Below are positions 25,741 through 40,534 of a DNA stretch of 63,514 nucleotides, piece by piece; the first letter of the stretch is position 1; each line of letters begins with the position of its first letter. Source of the DNA: Octopus bimaculoides (taxonomy: Eukaryota). The translations under genes were made by a program, and so were the position numbers. Below the pieces are notes generated by a model. It was not told the DNA's origin. It worked only from the letters and a program-made list of their open reading frames with translations, and made no database searches. The stretch lies in NCBI RefSeq assembly GCF_001194135.2, contig NC_068985.1, positions 39,678,024 through 39,741,537 of the forward strand. Reading direction: 5' to 3'.

Positions 25741-26300
25741 GTACAGGATGTACAGTTATTCAACTATCTCTTTCGTATTCATATATTAACAGTTTAGATC
25801 TTTATAAAAAATATGAAACCATTATTCTATGCTAATTTAGTTAATTTTGTCAAGCTCTTATGCGCTGCCAGTAAGAGGCTATCTTAATAGAGCCTTTCCA
25901 CAGCGTTGGTTTAGAAGACGGGGCAGTATCGAATGGCCACCACGTTCATCTGACCTGACACCAATGGATTTCTTTTTTGAGGGTGTTGCAAAGAACAAGG
26001 CTTATGAAAAGAATCCCAAAACAGTAAATGAATTAAAAGATTACATTTCTGACGCATTCACTGAAATTAATGGAGTTCGGAATTTGTGCTGCACTGTTCA
26101 TCAGGGTGTTCTGAAGAGGTTTGAAAAATATTGCAATTTTGAAGGAAGACATTTTGAGCATCTGAGAGATTAAACATTGTCTGTTTAAGATGTGCATAAA
26201 CAATATGGTTGTAAGATAGAAATTTAAATGTAATAAAATGTTTTAAAAGAAATTTAAAGTGCCTACGTGATAACTATAAACCTACTTTTGGGCCACCCTG
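25741..26300 (+). mobile_element. IS630-Tc1-mariner transposase remnant
   Basis: ORF 25847-26173 with RW..RRGSIEWPPRSSDLTPMDFFF.G..K...Y; right TIR CCTACTTTTGGGCCACCCTG followed by TA. Confidence 0.9.
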
Positions 26301-26724
26301 TATTGCCCTCTGCTGAACGAGGCGATTTGAAATACATTGTTGCTGCACATGATGATAAGAAGACAACAGCCTGTAATGGGATGTCAGTGAAAAATTCAAA
26401 ACGATAGAATATAGTTATATTAAGTTACTTGTTGGGTCATTAAGTTATTACCCACAATCAACGTTGAAGAATATTTGTGGCTGTTTACATTCAGAATGCA
26501 TGGATTGACTGTCTCCAGTATTTCTCGCAAATAATGTTGATGTAAAAATGATTTCACTGAAGTAGGTACATTTACTGTTAGAATAACTGTCTAGTATATC
26601 CAAAACATGATTCCTCATAAACTCACAACAGACATTTTGATAACTGATCAAGAAATGTTGCCTGTTAAAACTAACTGTAATTCCTTATTTATAAGATAAA
26701 GCCAATGGTATTATTTAATTAGAA

Positions 26725-27390
26725 TAAGGCAGCTGACAGAATTGTTAGCGCGTCGGACAAAATGCTTAGCGACATTTCTTCTGGTTCTTTACGTTCTGAT
26801 TTCAAATGTCGCCGAAGTCTACTTTGCCTTTCATCGTTTCGGATGTCGATAAAATAAGAACCAATCGAGTAACGGGCTCGATGTAATCGATTATCCCCCT
26901 TCCCCTAAAATCAATGGCTTTGTTCCAAAATTTGAAGCCATTATTTAATCAAAATGAACGATTTAATTTACATTGAGATTATTTGAATTTGCTTCAAGAT
27001 GAATCATTGTTAACAATCCTTTCTACTATAGGCACACGGCCTGAAATTTTGGAGGAAGGGTTAAGTCGATTACATCGATCCCAGCACTAAACTGGTACAT
27101 ATTTTATCGGCCGCGAAAGGATGAAAGGCAAAGTCAACCTCCGCGTTATTTGAACTCAGAACGTAAAGACGGACAAAATGCCATGAAGCATTTTGCCCGG
27201 CTTTCTAACAATTCTGCCAGCTCACCACCTTAATCATTGTTAATAACAAGGTGACAAGCTGGGTGAATCGTTAGCGCGTCGAACAAAATACTTAGCTGCA
27301 CTTCTTACGTCTATTTACCTTCCATTCTTTTGGGGTCGATGCAATAAGTGACTGTCGAACACAGAGAGGGGTCGATGTAATCGATTTTTT
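26725..27390. mobile_element. Three SINE family C copies (+,-,+)
   Basis: About 26725-26940 (+), 27005-27231 (-), 27248-27390 (+). Confidence 0.8.
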
Positions 27391-28001
27391 TTATTCATCC
27401 CCTTCCATTCTAACCCAAACTTTCAGGAACTGTGTCATAGTAGAAATTATAGAAATAGACTAAAATTTTAAAAAATTGAAACAGATACAATTTTAAAGAC
27501 ATTTTTAATGTCTATGACTTTAATTTAACCATAAAATCTAGATTAAAAATCTATTCCCAGTGTGTATGTGAAGTAGTTATAGGTTTTCTTTCAACAGACA
27601 CAAAGCCTAATATTTATAGCGGTATGTCTGAGGTATTACATCATTCACTCCTCTTACAAGAGATATGAGTGTCGTTTTATTATACTAACTGATGATTAAT
27701 GACGAATACAAACCTTAAGAGCTTCACAGTGGAATGCTGTTTTGCTGTAAATGTTCATTTAATATACGTGTTTAGCGGGTTGTCGTCAACATATTGCTCA
27801 CTGATATTAAGTTACAGTGTCGGGATACATACACACACACAAATATACATACACACACACACATCCATGCATGCATACGTACATACACACGCATACATAC
27901 ATACATAGACATGTGTGTTTGAGTGAGTGCATGTATGTGTGCGTGTGTTTCAGTATGAATGTATACATATGTATGTATAGACATACACGCTCACGCATGC
28001 G

Positions 28002-28039
<38 letters not shown>

Positions 28040-28359
28040 TGCAATGATGATTTATTGTTAAGACATATTTGTAGTGGAAAGAGTAGGGAACGTATAGATG
28101 TATTGCATGACTTTCATAGTGTGTTCAAGGACACGAGTTCCTTAGAGAAAGATAACATATTTCAATGGATAGTCCCATAACATTTGAACTTAGCTTCTCA
28201 CAGCGTTAAACATAAGACTGTAAATGCAGAGGAAGGTAAGAATATATTAATTTATCACGTGACTGTCATAGATTGCTAAACAAGGACACAAAGATCACAG
28301 GGAAAGAGAAACAACTTCGAGAACCTAAATATATTCTCAGATGGTCGAGAGTGCTCTAA

Positions 28360-28735
28360 ATTGGCTTTCTGTTAGTAACGACTACGAGAGCTCCAGTTGG
28401 TCGGATCAACAGGCACTTGTCAGTTACGAAAACGAGGGTGCCAGTTGATCCCGATCAATGGAACAGCCTGCACGTGAAATTAATGTGCAAGTGGCTAAGC
28501 GCTCCACAGACGCGCGTACCCTTAACGTAGTTCTCATGGATATTCAGCGTGACACAGAATGTGACAAAGCTGGCCCTTCAAAATACAGGTACTACTCATT
28601 TTTGCCAGCTGAGTGGACTGAAGCAACGTGAAATAAAGTACCTTGCTCAAGAACACAACGCGCTGCTGGGAATCGAATTCACGACCTTCACGATCGTGGG
28701 CCGAATACTCTAACCATTAAACCACGCGCCTTCTC
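28360..28735 (-). mobile_element. Chimeric SINE: D-head + A-tail, with duplicated 3' tail
   Basis: D head to ...AAAAATGAGTA, then GTACCTGTATTTTGAAGGGCCAGC...GTTAAGGGTAC...GATCAACTGG, with the terminal ~45 nt repeated. Confidence 0.85.
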
Positions 28736-28808
28736 TAAGAAGTACTTTACAACACTAGTCTGCACTTAGCTTGTTTTTGACTGATTACAAACGCACTATA
28801 TCTTAGAT

Positions 28809-28975
28809 CAGTGCTCCGCAACCGGTATGTCGCGGCACATTGGAGTACCACGAGACGCAGTGAAACCTGAATATAATCTTTTCCCCTATACTTTTATATT
28901 TTTAGTTCAAGTGTGCCGCCGAATTTTGAAAAGAATACAAGTGTATCGCAAGTGGAAAAAGGTTGTGGAGCATTG
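28809..28975. mobile_element. hAT (Buster-type) MITE
   Basis: TIRs CAGTGCTCCGCAACC / GGTTGTGGAGCATTG; 8-bp TSD tcttagat/tcttacag with central TA. Confidence 0.75.
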
Positions 28976-29441
28976 TCTTACAGGAAGGGGATACTATGTC
29001 AAATTTGTGGTTTGATTAAGAGGATTGTCGGCAAAGAAAAGTCAATCGTAAGCAAATTCTGAACAACACTGTAGAATTCTCAAAGCAATGATATTAAATA
29101 TCCATATATACATCGTGGTTTTCCATAACGAATGTGGAAAAGAAAAATATGAAGTAAGAATATGGGTAAAAAAGGGGTTCAAAATTGTGTTAATTAACCG
29201 TGTTGCTAATTTATGTTGAAATACCGAAGTAACTCTAAAACTTAATGGTGTATTCTAGCGATTTGTTATGAAACACGTTTCATGGAAAGCAATATAAGAT
29301 GCGCACAGAAGTTTGTAAAATACGAGGGACGAAGAAAAGCCTTTAGATACGGGAATGTTAGGCTACAGTCGAGTAAGTTAGGCGTAGGGTTGTACCCAAA
29401 TCAATTACGTTCTATTTGGCTAATATTGATATTAAGGAGTC

Positions 29442-29650
29442 TAAAAGCGGCAAGCTGGCAGAATTATTAGCACGCCGGGCAAAATGCTTAACGGGATTTC
29501 GTCTGTCTTTACGTTCTGAGTTCAGATTCCGCCGATGTCGACTTTGCCTTTCATCCTTTAGGGGTCGATAAAATAAGTACCAGTTGATCACTGGGGTTGA
29601 TCACTTGCCCCCAAAATTGCTACCCTTGTGCCAAAATTTGAAACCAATAT
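29442..29650 (+). mobile_element. SINE family C
   Basis: Family C consensus. Confidence 0.85.
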
Positions 29651-31197
29651 GAAGCAATCTGATGGTATAATGATTATCGAATCACCGAGGAAAATAGAAC
29701 CCTACCTTTGTTTGTTTTGTTTTATGTATGTCTTCGCATGTATATATTTGCTTATCTAGATGTGCTCATATATACTTGAATGATAAGCTTCTGAAAAGTT
29801 TGACAGATTTGTACAGTTCCAGTGATGGCTTATATCTGTAGACTTCGAATCAGCTTTCTCCTTTCTGGTTTTACAGTTGTATACTGTCAACTCAATATGA
29901 CAGTCTCAATAAGGGAATCATACTGCTGCTATTTAGCCCTAAGAAGCTGGACCGCTTCCTGTTGGCCTTGACACATTTCCTGTGTCCTTATATTTGCGAG
30001 GGGGAGACAAGTACCCTCACCCAGCTGAGTGTGCATTCAGGGACATGTTTCTGAATCATTGCTCGTCATCAGCCTGAAGTAGCAACACTAGCTGGTTGAA
30101 AATGCATGCCAAACCCTCGCAAATATTATATATATATATATATATATATNNNNNNNNNNNNNNNNNNNNNNNNNNNNNNNNNNNNNNNNNNNNNNNNNNN
30201 NNNNNNNNNNNNNNNNNNNNNNNNNNNNNNNNNNNNNNNNNNNNNNNNNNTGTGTGTGTGTGTGTGTGTAACGGGAGAGAGTGTCGGTGAGAGAAAGCCG
30301 TACTAAATAGCACCACCACTCAGCTGCTATTCATTTTCATTTGAGTAGACTAGAGCCACGTAAAGTGAAGTGTATTGGTTAAAGACACAACCCACCGTCT
30401 GATCCAGGAATTGAACTTACGTCATTATGATCGTGAAACAGATGCCCTAACTACAGGGTCACGCCTTTTCACAAGCGCGCTCGTACGTACGCGCTAGTTT
30501 CGCCATATATGCACATTAGACTTGATGTAAATGTGTTTGTATTTTAGTCTATGTGTATTTGTGAATAATTTTCTTGTCTACGTACGTGTACATATTTATA
30601 TACGTGTGTGTGTTAATATGTTCTTTGTCATCAGAACGGAACTAAAACACATGTCTTAGTAAACGCCGAGTAAATATGCTATCGTCACACGCAACCTGTA
30701 CGGCTTTTGCAGCTGTCAAGTTCATATTTTGTATGCAAATCAGAACACACACAACCCGAATCTAATTTCCAATTCAATTTATCTTCAAACATAAATGAAC
30801 GACGAATCTTTTGATAAGCTTTTCCTCATTTCTTTATTCATTTACTTTTATTTTCGTCGACGTTTATTCTAAACCAGCGTCAAAAATAACTATGGCGTGT
30901 GAGATACAGAGTATTGGCAACAGATATAACGTTAATGAAATGTCTTAAGTGTTTATATTAATTATATGCAAATTGACAGTAGACTGGCAGAATCAGTTCG
31001 ACATTGGGAGTCACTTTATGTTCAAGAGTTCAAACTCCGCAAGGTCCGATTTCCCGTTTTAATTTGTTGCGATTGATGAAACTGGTTCAAGTTGAATATC
31101 CGTTTCAAATTTTGATGCAAGGCCATCAATTTCGCAGCAGGGGCTAAGTCGATTACATCGAACCCAGTGTTTAGCTGGTGCTTACTTATTTTATCGG

Positions 31198-31549
31198 TGG
31201 AGGCGCAATGGCCCAGTGGTTAGGGCAGTGGACTCGGAGTCATAGGATCGCGGTTTCGATTCCCAGACCGGATGTTGTGAGTGTTTATTGAGCGAAAACA
31301 CCTAAAGCTCTACGAGGCTCCGGCAGGAGATGGTGGCGAACCCTGCTGTACTCTTCCACCACAACTTTCTCTCACTCTTACTTCCTGTTTCTGTTGTGCC
31401 TGTAATTCAAAGGGTCAGCCTTGTCACACTGAATATCCCCGAGAACTACGTTAAGGGTACACGTGTCAGTGGAGTGCTCAGCCACTTGCACGTTAATTTC
31501 ACGAGCAGGCTGTTCCGTTGATCGGATCAACTGGAACGCTCGACGTCGT
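31198..31549 (+). mobile_element. tRNA-derived SINE family A (A-head/A-tail)
   Basis: Head GGAGGCGCAATGGCCCAGTGGTTAGGGCAG...GGTTTCGATTCCC with A/B boxes; body shared with four other copies; ends in a gap. Confidence 0.9.
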
Positions 31550-31864
31550 NNNNNNNNNNNNNNNNNNNNNNNNNNNNNNNNNNNNNNNNNNNNNNNNNNN
31601 NNNNNNNNNNNNNNNNNNNNNNNNNNNNNNNNNNNNNNNNNNNNNNNNNNNNNNNNNNNNNNNNNNNNNNNNNNNNNNNNNNNNNNNNNNNNNNNNNNNN
31701 NNNNNNNNNNNNNNNNNNNNNNNNNNNNNNNNNNNNNNNNNNNNNNNNNNNNNNNNNNNNNNNNNNNNNNNNNNNNNNNNNNNNNNNNNNNNNNNNNGGT
31801 GTGCTAATGGTTCTGCCAGCTAGCTACCTTTGACGAGAACATAACAATGGTTTAAAATATGGAA

Positions 31865-32420
31865 CAGGGCCAGCAATTTCGCGCTAAATGATAAGACGAT
31901 TATATTGACTCCAGTGCTTGACTTGTATTTATTTTATCAATCTAGTAAAGATAAAAGGCAAAGAAGATCTCGGTGGAATTTGAACTCAGAACACAAAGAC
32001 GGTCGAAATAACGAGAAACATTTTAACCGGCGCAGTAACAATTCTGCCAGCTCGCCACCTTTGCTGAGGATATGCAATTAAAAATGAATAACTTAAATTT
32101 TTGTATATTTTGCAGTTTTATTAAATATCTGGCCCCAACTGACAGATTTCTTTTCTTCGACTGTCTTGAAGATGCGTAAAAGACAGAAGGTAAGAATATT
32201 TTCTTTCTAAATTATTTGTGGTCGATCTAAGACGGCAAACAAGCAGAATCGTTTGCGCTTCACACAAAATGCTTCGTGACATTTCTTCCGGCTCTTTACG
32301 TTCTGAGTTCAAATGCAATAAATACCGCCGAGGTCGACTTTGCCTTATACACTTTTGGAACAGATAAATAAATACCAGTTCGGGTACTGGGGTGGATGTA
32401 GTCTCACCCTCGAAATAGCT
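31865..32420. mobile_element. Two SINE family C copies (- then +)
   Basis: About 31865-32060 (-) and 32228-32420 (+). Confidence 0.75.
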
Positions 32421-32429
32421 GGCTTTACT

Positions 32430-32841
32430 CGTTTACTCTTTTACTCTTTTACTTGTTTCAGTCATTTGACCGCGGCCATGCTGGAGCACCGCCTTTAGTC
32501 GAGCAAATCGACCCCAGGACTTATTCTTTGTAAGCCTAGTACTTATTCTATCGGTCTCTTTTGCCGAACCGCTAAGTTACGGGGACATAAACACATCAGC
32601 ATCGGTTCTCAAGCGATTTTGGGGGGACAAACAGACACACAAACATATACACACACATACATATATATATATATACATATATACGACGGGCTTCTTTCAG
32701 TTTCCGTCTACTAAATCCACTCACAAGGCTTTGGTCGGCCCGAGGCTATAGTAGAAGACACTTGCCCAAGATGCCACGCAGTGGGACTGAACCCGGAACA
32801 ATGTGGTTGGTAAGCAAGCTACTTACCGCACAGCCACTCCT
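32430..32841 (-). mobile_element. SINE family B, full length
   Basis: Family B consensus. Confidence 0.9.
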
Positions 32842-33202
32842 TGTTTTTGCTACTGATTTTATACCGCTAGGGTGGTCTAATAGCGCAACTCAGTCAATGT
32901 TGTTGACAGTTTTTTAGTTTGAGCTGCAGTTTCGAATCTGCCCGGAGTTACCTCTCTTCGATATTTCCCATTGATGAAAGCTAAAGAGCCAGAAACGCCG
33001 TGTCTGGGAATCCGATACTGGGCATATATGTTGTTTTTACAACTCTTTACCATAAGAGAGAAGATTTCTCCACTGTAACTGCAGTGAATTTACCTTTAGA
33101 ACTTGAAATATCTCACAGACATATTCTAACTAGCCTAAAGTTCGCTTATTCCTAATCCCTGTTTGGCGCTGTCGCTGCTTACAAACATATTTACATACAT
33201 AT

Positions 33203-33233
<31 letters not shown>

Positions 33234-33248
33234 NNNNNNNNNNNNNNN

Positions 33249-33298
<50 letters not shown>

Positions 33299-33773
33299 CA
33301 AACACACATATGTGTATGTGTGTGCGTGATGTGCTTGTACACGGTTTCCATCAACCGAATTCACTAATTTCCTCACAGGACATTGGTCGGCTTGGGGCTA
33401 TAGCAGAATACACTTCTCCAAGAGCCGCATAGTGGACCTGAACTCGAAACCCCGTGGCTGCAAAGTGATCGTCTTAACCATACGGTCATGTCTGCTTGAT
33501 ATATAACGAAGAACATCTTTATTTTTACTCAAACATGATGATTATTGTTGTTGTGGTGATAAGTGTGAAAAAGGAAAGGAAATTGGTTTCATTACTAAGC
33601 ACGTAATTTCTCTCTTTCATTAAGGTGGAGGGTTACAGTCAACGAATAGAGGGTGATGGTCAAGTTGAAAGCATTCCCTCGTCAATGGCATTCGATCCAC
33701 AGACTCCAGTCTCAACGCAGTATTCATTCCAAGTACCAAACAGAAACCAAAGAGGTAACGACTGCAGATATAT

Positions 33774-34290
<517 letters not shown>

Positions 34291-34971
34291 GCGTATATCT
34301 TAATTCTATTTGCGTGGCAAGCGTTGCGGAAAATATTATTAGCAACGAGCAATTTCGATTTATCGTTGAAGCCTATTCATTTTTATTTGCACCGCGTATT
34401 TTTATGAAAACCACATAAACAATATCATTACTTTTCTCTATAAATCTGTTTGGTCTTGCACTTTATGTAAGAAAGTATTAAGTTAAAGGGTAATGTTCGG
34501 AATTTTTCTGGCTTTCAGTACTCACCGTTTGATTTACTTATTTACTTATCCAAATTAATGCCATTAACCACTTTGATTTATTTCATTTAGCTCATTCTAT
34601 TTTTAATTAAGAAAGCATTGTTTACAGGCGAGTTGTTCGCCGGTGTATACGATTTTCTTCTGCTGAAATGAATCCTTGAAACCAAATCTCATACCTAAGA
34701 AATCATTATTAAAGTATTTTATGTTGCTTTGTTTTAATGTATGGATTGTTGCAGAAAACTGATTTGATTTCGACAAATAGACTCCTTGTCACAATTTAGA
34801 TTCTTCAATACCAACAGTTATGTTTCCAATGCTACTGTTCATAACAAAATAAAGCCACGAAAATCACGAGTTATTTTTTCCTCTATTCTTTTTTTTTTTT
34901 AATTATATCCTCTAATTATCAATGTTATTTATTTATTTATTATTCATTTATTTATTTATTAATTTTCAGTA

Positions 34972-35082
34972 ATGAATTCATTCCCGAAGGAACACAGTCA
35001 CTATGCGAATTATAAAGACAGTAAGACAATGTCAAAAGAAGGAACCACCTCAATGACTGAGTCGAAGCAGCTCAACGACGTG
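34972..35082 (+). CDS. Coding exon 1 of coiled-coil/SAM-domain gene (MNSFPKEHSHYANYKDSKTMSKEGTTSMTESKQLNDV)
   Basis: Acceptor ttttcag|TA at 34969/34970, ATG at 34972, 37 open codons, donor GTG|gtaaaa at 35082/35083 in phase 0, matching the next exon. The donor is weak; an alternative donor A|gtaaga at 35020 also exists. Confidence 0.55.
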
Positions 35083-35549
35083 GTAAAAACGCATTTTATC
35101 TAACATAAATTTTTCCTGGGGAACCAAGAAGCTTTGATGCGGTCATTCGCCTTGCTAGAAATAGCAAACAAGTTTCCTTCAAATTATATTTGGCTGTCTT
35201 CAGTAAGGAGGGGTATTTTGTATAATGTAATCCTTGGATTACAAAAAGACCAAAAGGCCAGCTTGAATGCCATTGACCATAAAGTCTACTCGATGAACGA
35301 TGATCAAGGGCGAAACAACAGCAACGGCCAAAACGACAAACCTTTTAAGAATCAAAAATGATTCAGTCTATCTATCTATGAAATATGTTCGATAACATGA
35401 CTGTAAGTGTCATGTTACTTCTGTTGAAAATAGGAGCAATGTATGGTATGATATGCAAGTATTCCGTTATTTAGCAATACTAACTTCAAATCTCTTCTTG
35501 CGCTTCCAGTAGACAAAGGCAGGAGTCCATTCGGTCTAACTTCATTTCC

Positions 35550-35615
<66 letters not shown>

Positions 35616-35899
35616 NNNNNNNNNNNNNNNNNNNNNNNNNNNNNNNNNNNNNNNNNNNNNNNNNNNNNNNNNNNNNNNNNNNNNNNNNNNNNNNNNNNNN
35701 NNNNNNNNNNNNNNNNNNNNNNNNNNNNNNNNNNNNNNNNNNNNNNNNNNNNNNNNNNNNNNNNNNNNNNNNNNNNNNNNNNNNNNNNNNNNNNNNNNNN
35801 NNNNNNNNNNNNNNNNNNNNNNNNNNNNNNNNNNNNNNNNNNNNNNNNNNNNNTTCATATTTTCATATAAAACTCTTTCACTGATCTCGATTCTGTTTT

Positions 35900-36520
35900 T
35901 GGCTGGGGCTATTGGCCGAGTAAATAGGCGTTGATGTAGCGGATATTTTAAATTTAGTCTCTTCAGTTGACCTAGCTGACGATGACGATAAGAAACATAT
36001 TATGAAAAGTCCGAAACTCGAGTACTAGGTTATCCATTTCTCTGGCGTTCTTCCTAGAGGTAAAACGAAAATTTTTCATATTCGCCGCCCGCACACATCT
36101 TTGCCTCTATACATTCAGTGAAGCTTTAGCTAGCGTCGAACGATTATCGACTGCTATTTCCAGCAAAAATTGGTACCTTGTTGTGCCACTATTTCCTATA
36201 TATATTCAGGATCCAATAGGGCCGCAGTATTTTAATAACAAAGATACCAAGGTAGAGTCGAGGGTCCTATACCTGCGTATTAACAGTATTTATTGACCTT
36301 CACATACCTACTAAAGCATATACCGATTTGTCCCTCCAGTTATGCATATATCCACAAGTACAGACCAAATATATGTATATAGTTCAAATTTACAGAAAAA
36401 CAAAAGACGAAGACGGATGTAGGAACAACAAGCAAGTGTATTAGTTTAAGTTTGGGAAAAATGGAAAAGCTTTTTACGTTTCGAGCCAACGCTCTTCAAC
36501 AGAAAGGAATAAGATGGGAA
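35900..36520 (-). mobile_element. Possible Penelope-like element remnant (GIY-YIG end and pseudo-LTR)
   Basis: Minus-strand YIGNSGTT and DVCAGGEYEKFSFY-like fragments; a TACGTTTCGAGCC..CTCTTCA motif typical of Penelope pseudo-LTRs. Confidence 0.35.
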
Positions 36521-36854
36521 AAAAATGGAGAGAGAATGGGGGGGGAAAAAAAACCGAGAGAGAAAAGCTGTGTAGAGTTCAGCGGTCCAGCATGGCAAGA
36601 TGACAGGGGGGAAAAAAAGAGGTTGAATGAAAGGGAGATAATAATAAAAAGGGTTGAACGAAATGAATAATGGTGACCTTCAATGAACTAAGGTGCGCAA
36701 GCGTGTGTATTTATAGGAGAATGGTGTGTGTTAGTGTGTATGTGTGCGTGTGTGAATGGGGGCGAGTGAGTCTGACGTGTGTATGTGTATGTGTAATGTG
36801 TGGGAGAGGACAATTTCAGCCAGTCCATAGTAGAAAATGCTGCATATGTGTGTG

Positions 36855-36893
<39 letters not shown>

Positions 36894-37737
36894 ATATATA
36901 GGCGCAGTAAGGTCTCAAATAGTTAAGAAATTCGCATCGCAGCTACAAGGTCTCGATTTCGATCCCACTGCGTGGCTCTAGGACAGATGTCATTTTTTAT
37001 AACTACGAGTTGACCCATAGCTTAAAAGTGAAAGTGAGTAGATGGAAACTCTATGGAAGCTCGCCAGTCGGGTGGATTGTACTCATACTTCAAAAGGACG
37101 TAACTTTGAACCTTTATGTTCTGAAATCCTATCGAAGTCAACTTTGTTTATAAAATAAGTACTGAGCCCGGGAATCGATATAATCGATTGCTGTTTCCTA
37201 CTTACAAAATGAATAGGGTTGATCACCTGTTGGTTGATACTTTTGGTAATCGAAAAATTAATAGACCCCACTTCACTGAATGATGTTATTGATTAGCCTA
37301 GCGCAACCGTAATCGAGCAGGCCAGTGACGAAAGCCTTTCCAATCACGACCAACTCGTCCTATATTCAAACACAGTGTACATTGAACAACATTATGTAAT
37401 GTGTTCTCTATGAAGCACTGTCAGGTGTAATATTGACTCCATTTATCTGCACTGGTGCGAGGATAAATAAATAATAATAGTAACAAATAATTAGCTGATG
37501 AATAATTAATATAATCATGAGGCGACTGCTGTAGCATGGAAAGTAAGCAACTATTTCTAGTATGTAAATAAATTATTTACGTTACATTTCTAATGTTCTA
37601 TGTAAAAAGAAGCTAAACATCATGTCATTCGTTTTCTTATCCGCAGTTTAAAACTAATTATTATACAACAATATAATATAATATATAATAATATAACATA
37701 ACAATTTAATACAATATAATAATTTGATATTATAATT

Positions 37738-37950
37738 TCAAATTTTGGCACAAGGCCAGCAGTTTTAGGCAAAGGTTTAAGTCAATTACATCGACCCCAG
37801 TGTTCAGTTGGTGCTTATTTTATCATTCCCGAATTGATGAAAGGCAAAGTCGACCTTGGCGGAATTTGAATTAAAAACCTAAGGATCGAAGAAATGCCGC
37901 TGAGTATAATGCCCGGGGTGCTAACGATTCTGCCTGCTACCCGCCTTATA
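37738..37950 (-). mobile_element. SINE family C
   Basis: Reverse complement of the family C consensus. Confidence 0.8.
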
Positions 37951-38159
37951 ATAAGGCATTCACACGCTACACACCTTCCTTCTAAGCACTACTGTAAACA
38001 GCGGAAGTGAGCTAGAATGTTAAAATTTAGTGCGCATGCACAACAGAGTTCAAGGTCAATCTTTGCTAAGCGGCTTCTCTCTGCGTAATTTAGCTTCGTT
38101 ATAATGGCAATAGTCAGGAAACTTATTGATCAGACCTCGTATTTTAGAAAATAGGGAAA

Positions 38160-39367
38160 AAAAACAAGATTATGGCAGGGAGATAGCAATTTACTCAAAG
38201 TAGTCGCACTCAGCTTCCATTACGGACTCAAGACGACTCTGGAACCTGGCGCATGCATTCATCGCTGTGTCCCCGGGAAGATCTTCGAACATTTTGTCAA
38301 CCTTGGCAACCAACTCGGCCTTGGTGTAGTGGGCAGAGCGGTTGATGTCTTTCTCAAGTGCACCCTAAACGTAGGAATCCATGAGATTACAATCGGGGAA
38401 ATCAGGAAGCCAAAAATTGGGGCTGGTGAAGTCGTAAAAATTTTCCGACAACCACTTCTGACTCTTTCCGGAACTATGGCAAGGTGCTGAATCATGCTGC
38501 CACACATATGACCTTCCAGCCAGGGTTTGACTAGTCTCCATTAGCTTTACGTAGCCATCAAAATCGAGCCTAAGGCCCTGTTCAAAGATATGGGGCGACA
38601 CGACGTCACCCTCATTGGAAGCTCACCCAAAGACCATCAGAGTTTGGGTTAACTTGGTTTTCATGAATCGTGAGACATCATATGAACTGTAGGCAAGACA
38701 CTTGTTGTTCTGGATGTCGTGCAACTAGTCCTAGCAGAAGGACCAGATCATCCCCTGTACTAGCAGAAGGATCAGATCATCCCCGCTTCAGTATGATGCC
38801 TCATGTTGTTCAAGAGCTTCCTTGCCTTTGTAAAGCAGTTCTCCTTGGCCTTTACTGTCAGAATTTATCCTAGCTCGTCTTGTAGAAGTGTTAGCGAAGG
38901 TTCTCATTGAGGGCCAGCTTGATAGTGGCGACTCCAACAGACATCTCTCTCGTCAAAACCCAAATTCCTTTGTTCGGATCTTCTATCACCTCGTCCTTCA
39001 GTTATTGGATGAACTCCGGCGTGCAGACACAGTCCGAATGCCTGTTGAGTCCCTTCCTATTGGCCAAGGCTTCGTAGTCACTACTGCAGCTGTCCATATC
39101 ACATCTCACAGCCTTTACAGTTTTCACTGAGCACCGTGCAGCAGTCATGATGTCGGCTTTTTGATACCCGGCGCGAATCATCATGATATAGTTAACACTT
39201 CTAATATTCACGTGGCTTCCAGCCTTCCATATCAGCTAACTTTTTCTCAACTACAACTGTAATCATTATGCTCTCCAACGTTGTAGACTGTTCACCAATA
39301 CATTAAGTTGTTCTTGAATAAAAAATAAATGAAAACAAAGATGTCGTCAAACTTAGACCGAACACTC
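38160..39367 (-). mobile_element. maT/mori-like (DDxD) Tc1/mariner element, near full length, inactivated
   Basis: N-terminus MIRAGYQKADIMTAARCSVKTV...; catalytic region GRSYVWQHDSAPCHSSGKSQKWLSENFYDFTSPNFWLPDFPDCNLMDSYV; frameshifts. Confidence 0.85.
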
Positions 39368-40054
39368 AATAATATAATATAATATAATATAATATAATAT
39401 AATTACGGAGATGTACTTGCATAGCAAGCGACCTGATCTGAGATCGTATGCTGGAACGAAAAGAATTGCAGCGTGGAAGGTGTTTATAAGCCATTTATAT
39501 ATAATATATAATATAAACAATTGCAGCGTGGAGAGTGTTTATAAGCCATTATATTAATATAATATAATATAATATAAACAATTTCTTTTACTGTATTGTT
39601 TTATATACGTATTATTGTCAACTTTACATTAATTATGTCAATTGAAATTTAATATGAAATATATCCTAAATTTGAGAACATACAGACAAGCTAAACAATA
39701 ACAATAACATAGAAATAAACATTAGTTGAGCTAGTATTAACATATTAATGCAGAGATCATTAAACATGTTAGCTTGCTAAGTGGTAACATAATTTATTCT
39801 TGGGACCACTGCATAGCGTCGGTTATACAGACGCGTAAACTTCGTAGTTAGACCATAACTTTCTTCTAATTTTCATCGTTTCACCATCCTTACAACTCTT
39901 TATTCACCCACTTACATTAAGATAAAAGGTGGGGGATCTCACCTTGGGATCTAATTTCACAGCGAGGCAAAATATTAAAGATATATAATATGAATTTATA
40001 TGACAATTTGTCAACAAAAGATAAATATTCCTTTTATTATTATTTTTTCCACAG

Positions 40055-40231
40055 AGCAGCATATCTTTCGGGGAGGTAACTCCGTATAACCATCGCCAGA
40101 GTTGTCCTATTTATCCATACGAAAGAAAATACAACAGCGTAGATAAAACAGCTGGAATGGAACACAGCAGAATGTATAGAGTACAACAGCAGCAAAATGG
40201 CGAAAAGAATTTAAGATCCAACTCAACGCCG
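40055..40231 (+). CDS. Coding exon 2 of SAM gene (SSISFGEVTPYNHRQSCPIYPYERKYNSVDKTAGMEHSRMYRVQQQQNGEKNLRSNSTP)
   Basis: Acceptor ttttttccacag|, donor CCG|gtaaga, 177 nt, open only in phase 0-0. Confidence 0.75.
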
Positions 40232-40534
40232 GTAAGAGAAAAAAAATTTAATGTATAGACAAGTCGTTGGTTTGTCTTTTGTATCGTTCCCTTTTTGTTT
40301 TGTATTCGGCCCTTGTCGTCCTATCATATTGTGTCTGTTTCTTTACCATTTGAGATGGCAATGTTATCTTTTATATCGACAGGCAATCTATGCAACTGAT
40401 ATTCGTTTGGCACAAAACAGACATCTAGAAATGAAAGCAGGAAAGAAACAAACCACATTAGGACCTGATGAAGGATATCCAGAGGTAATTAATATGAAAT
40501 TCTTCATTAAGGAATTGCTTATCTTGCAGTTTTT

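Noticed and set aside
31198-31275. tRNA-like sequences at SINE heads (also 42250, 46913, 49150, 57923, 60823)
   Set aside because: A/B boxes are present but stems are broken and each continues into a shared SINE body; not tRNA genes.
34970-35020. Shorter exon 1 using donor A|gtaaga (phase 1)
   Set aside because: Incompatible with phase-0 exons 2 and 3; it could only join exon 4 directly, so it is kept only as an unproven alternative.
35134-35361. 75-aa ORF after coding exon 1
   Set aside because: Separated from exon 1 by an in-frame TAA (35101), lies in the predicted intron, no recognisable motif.
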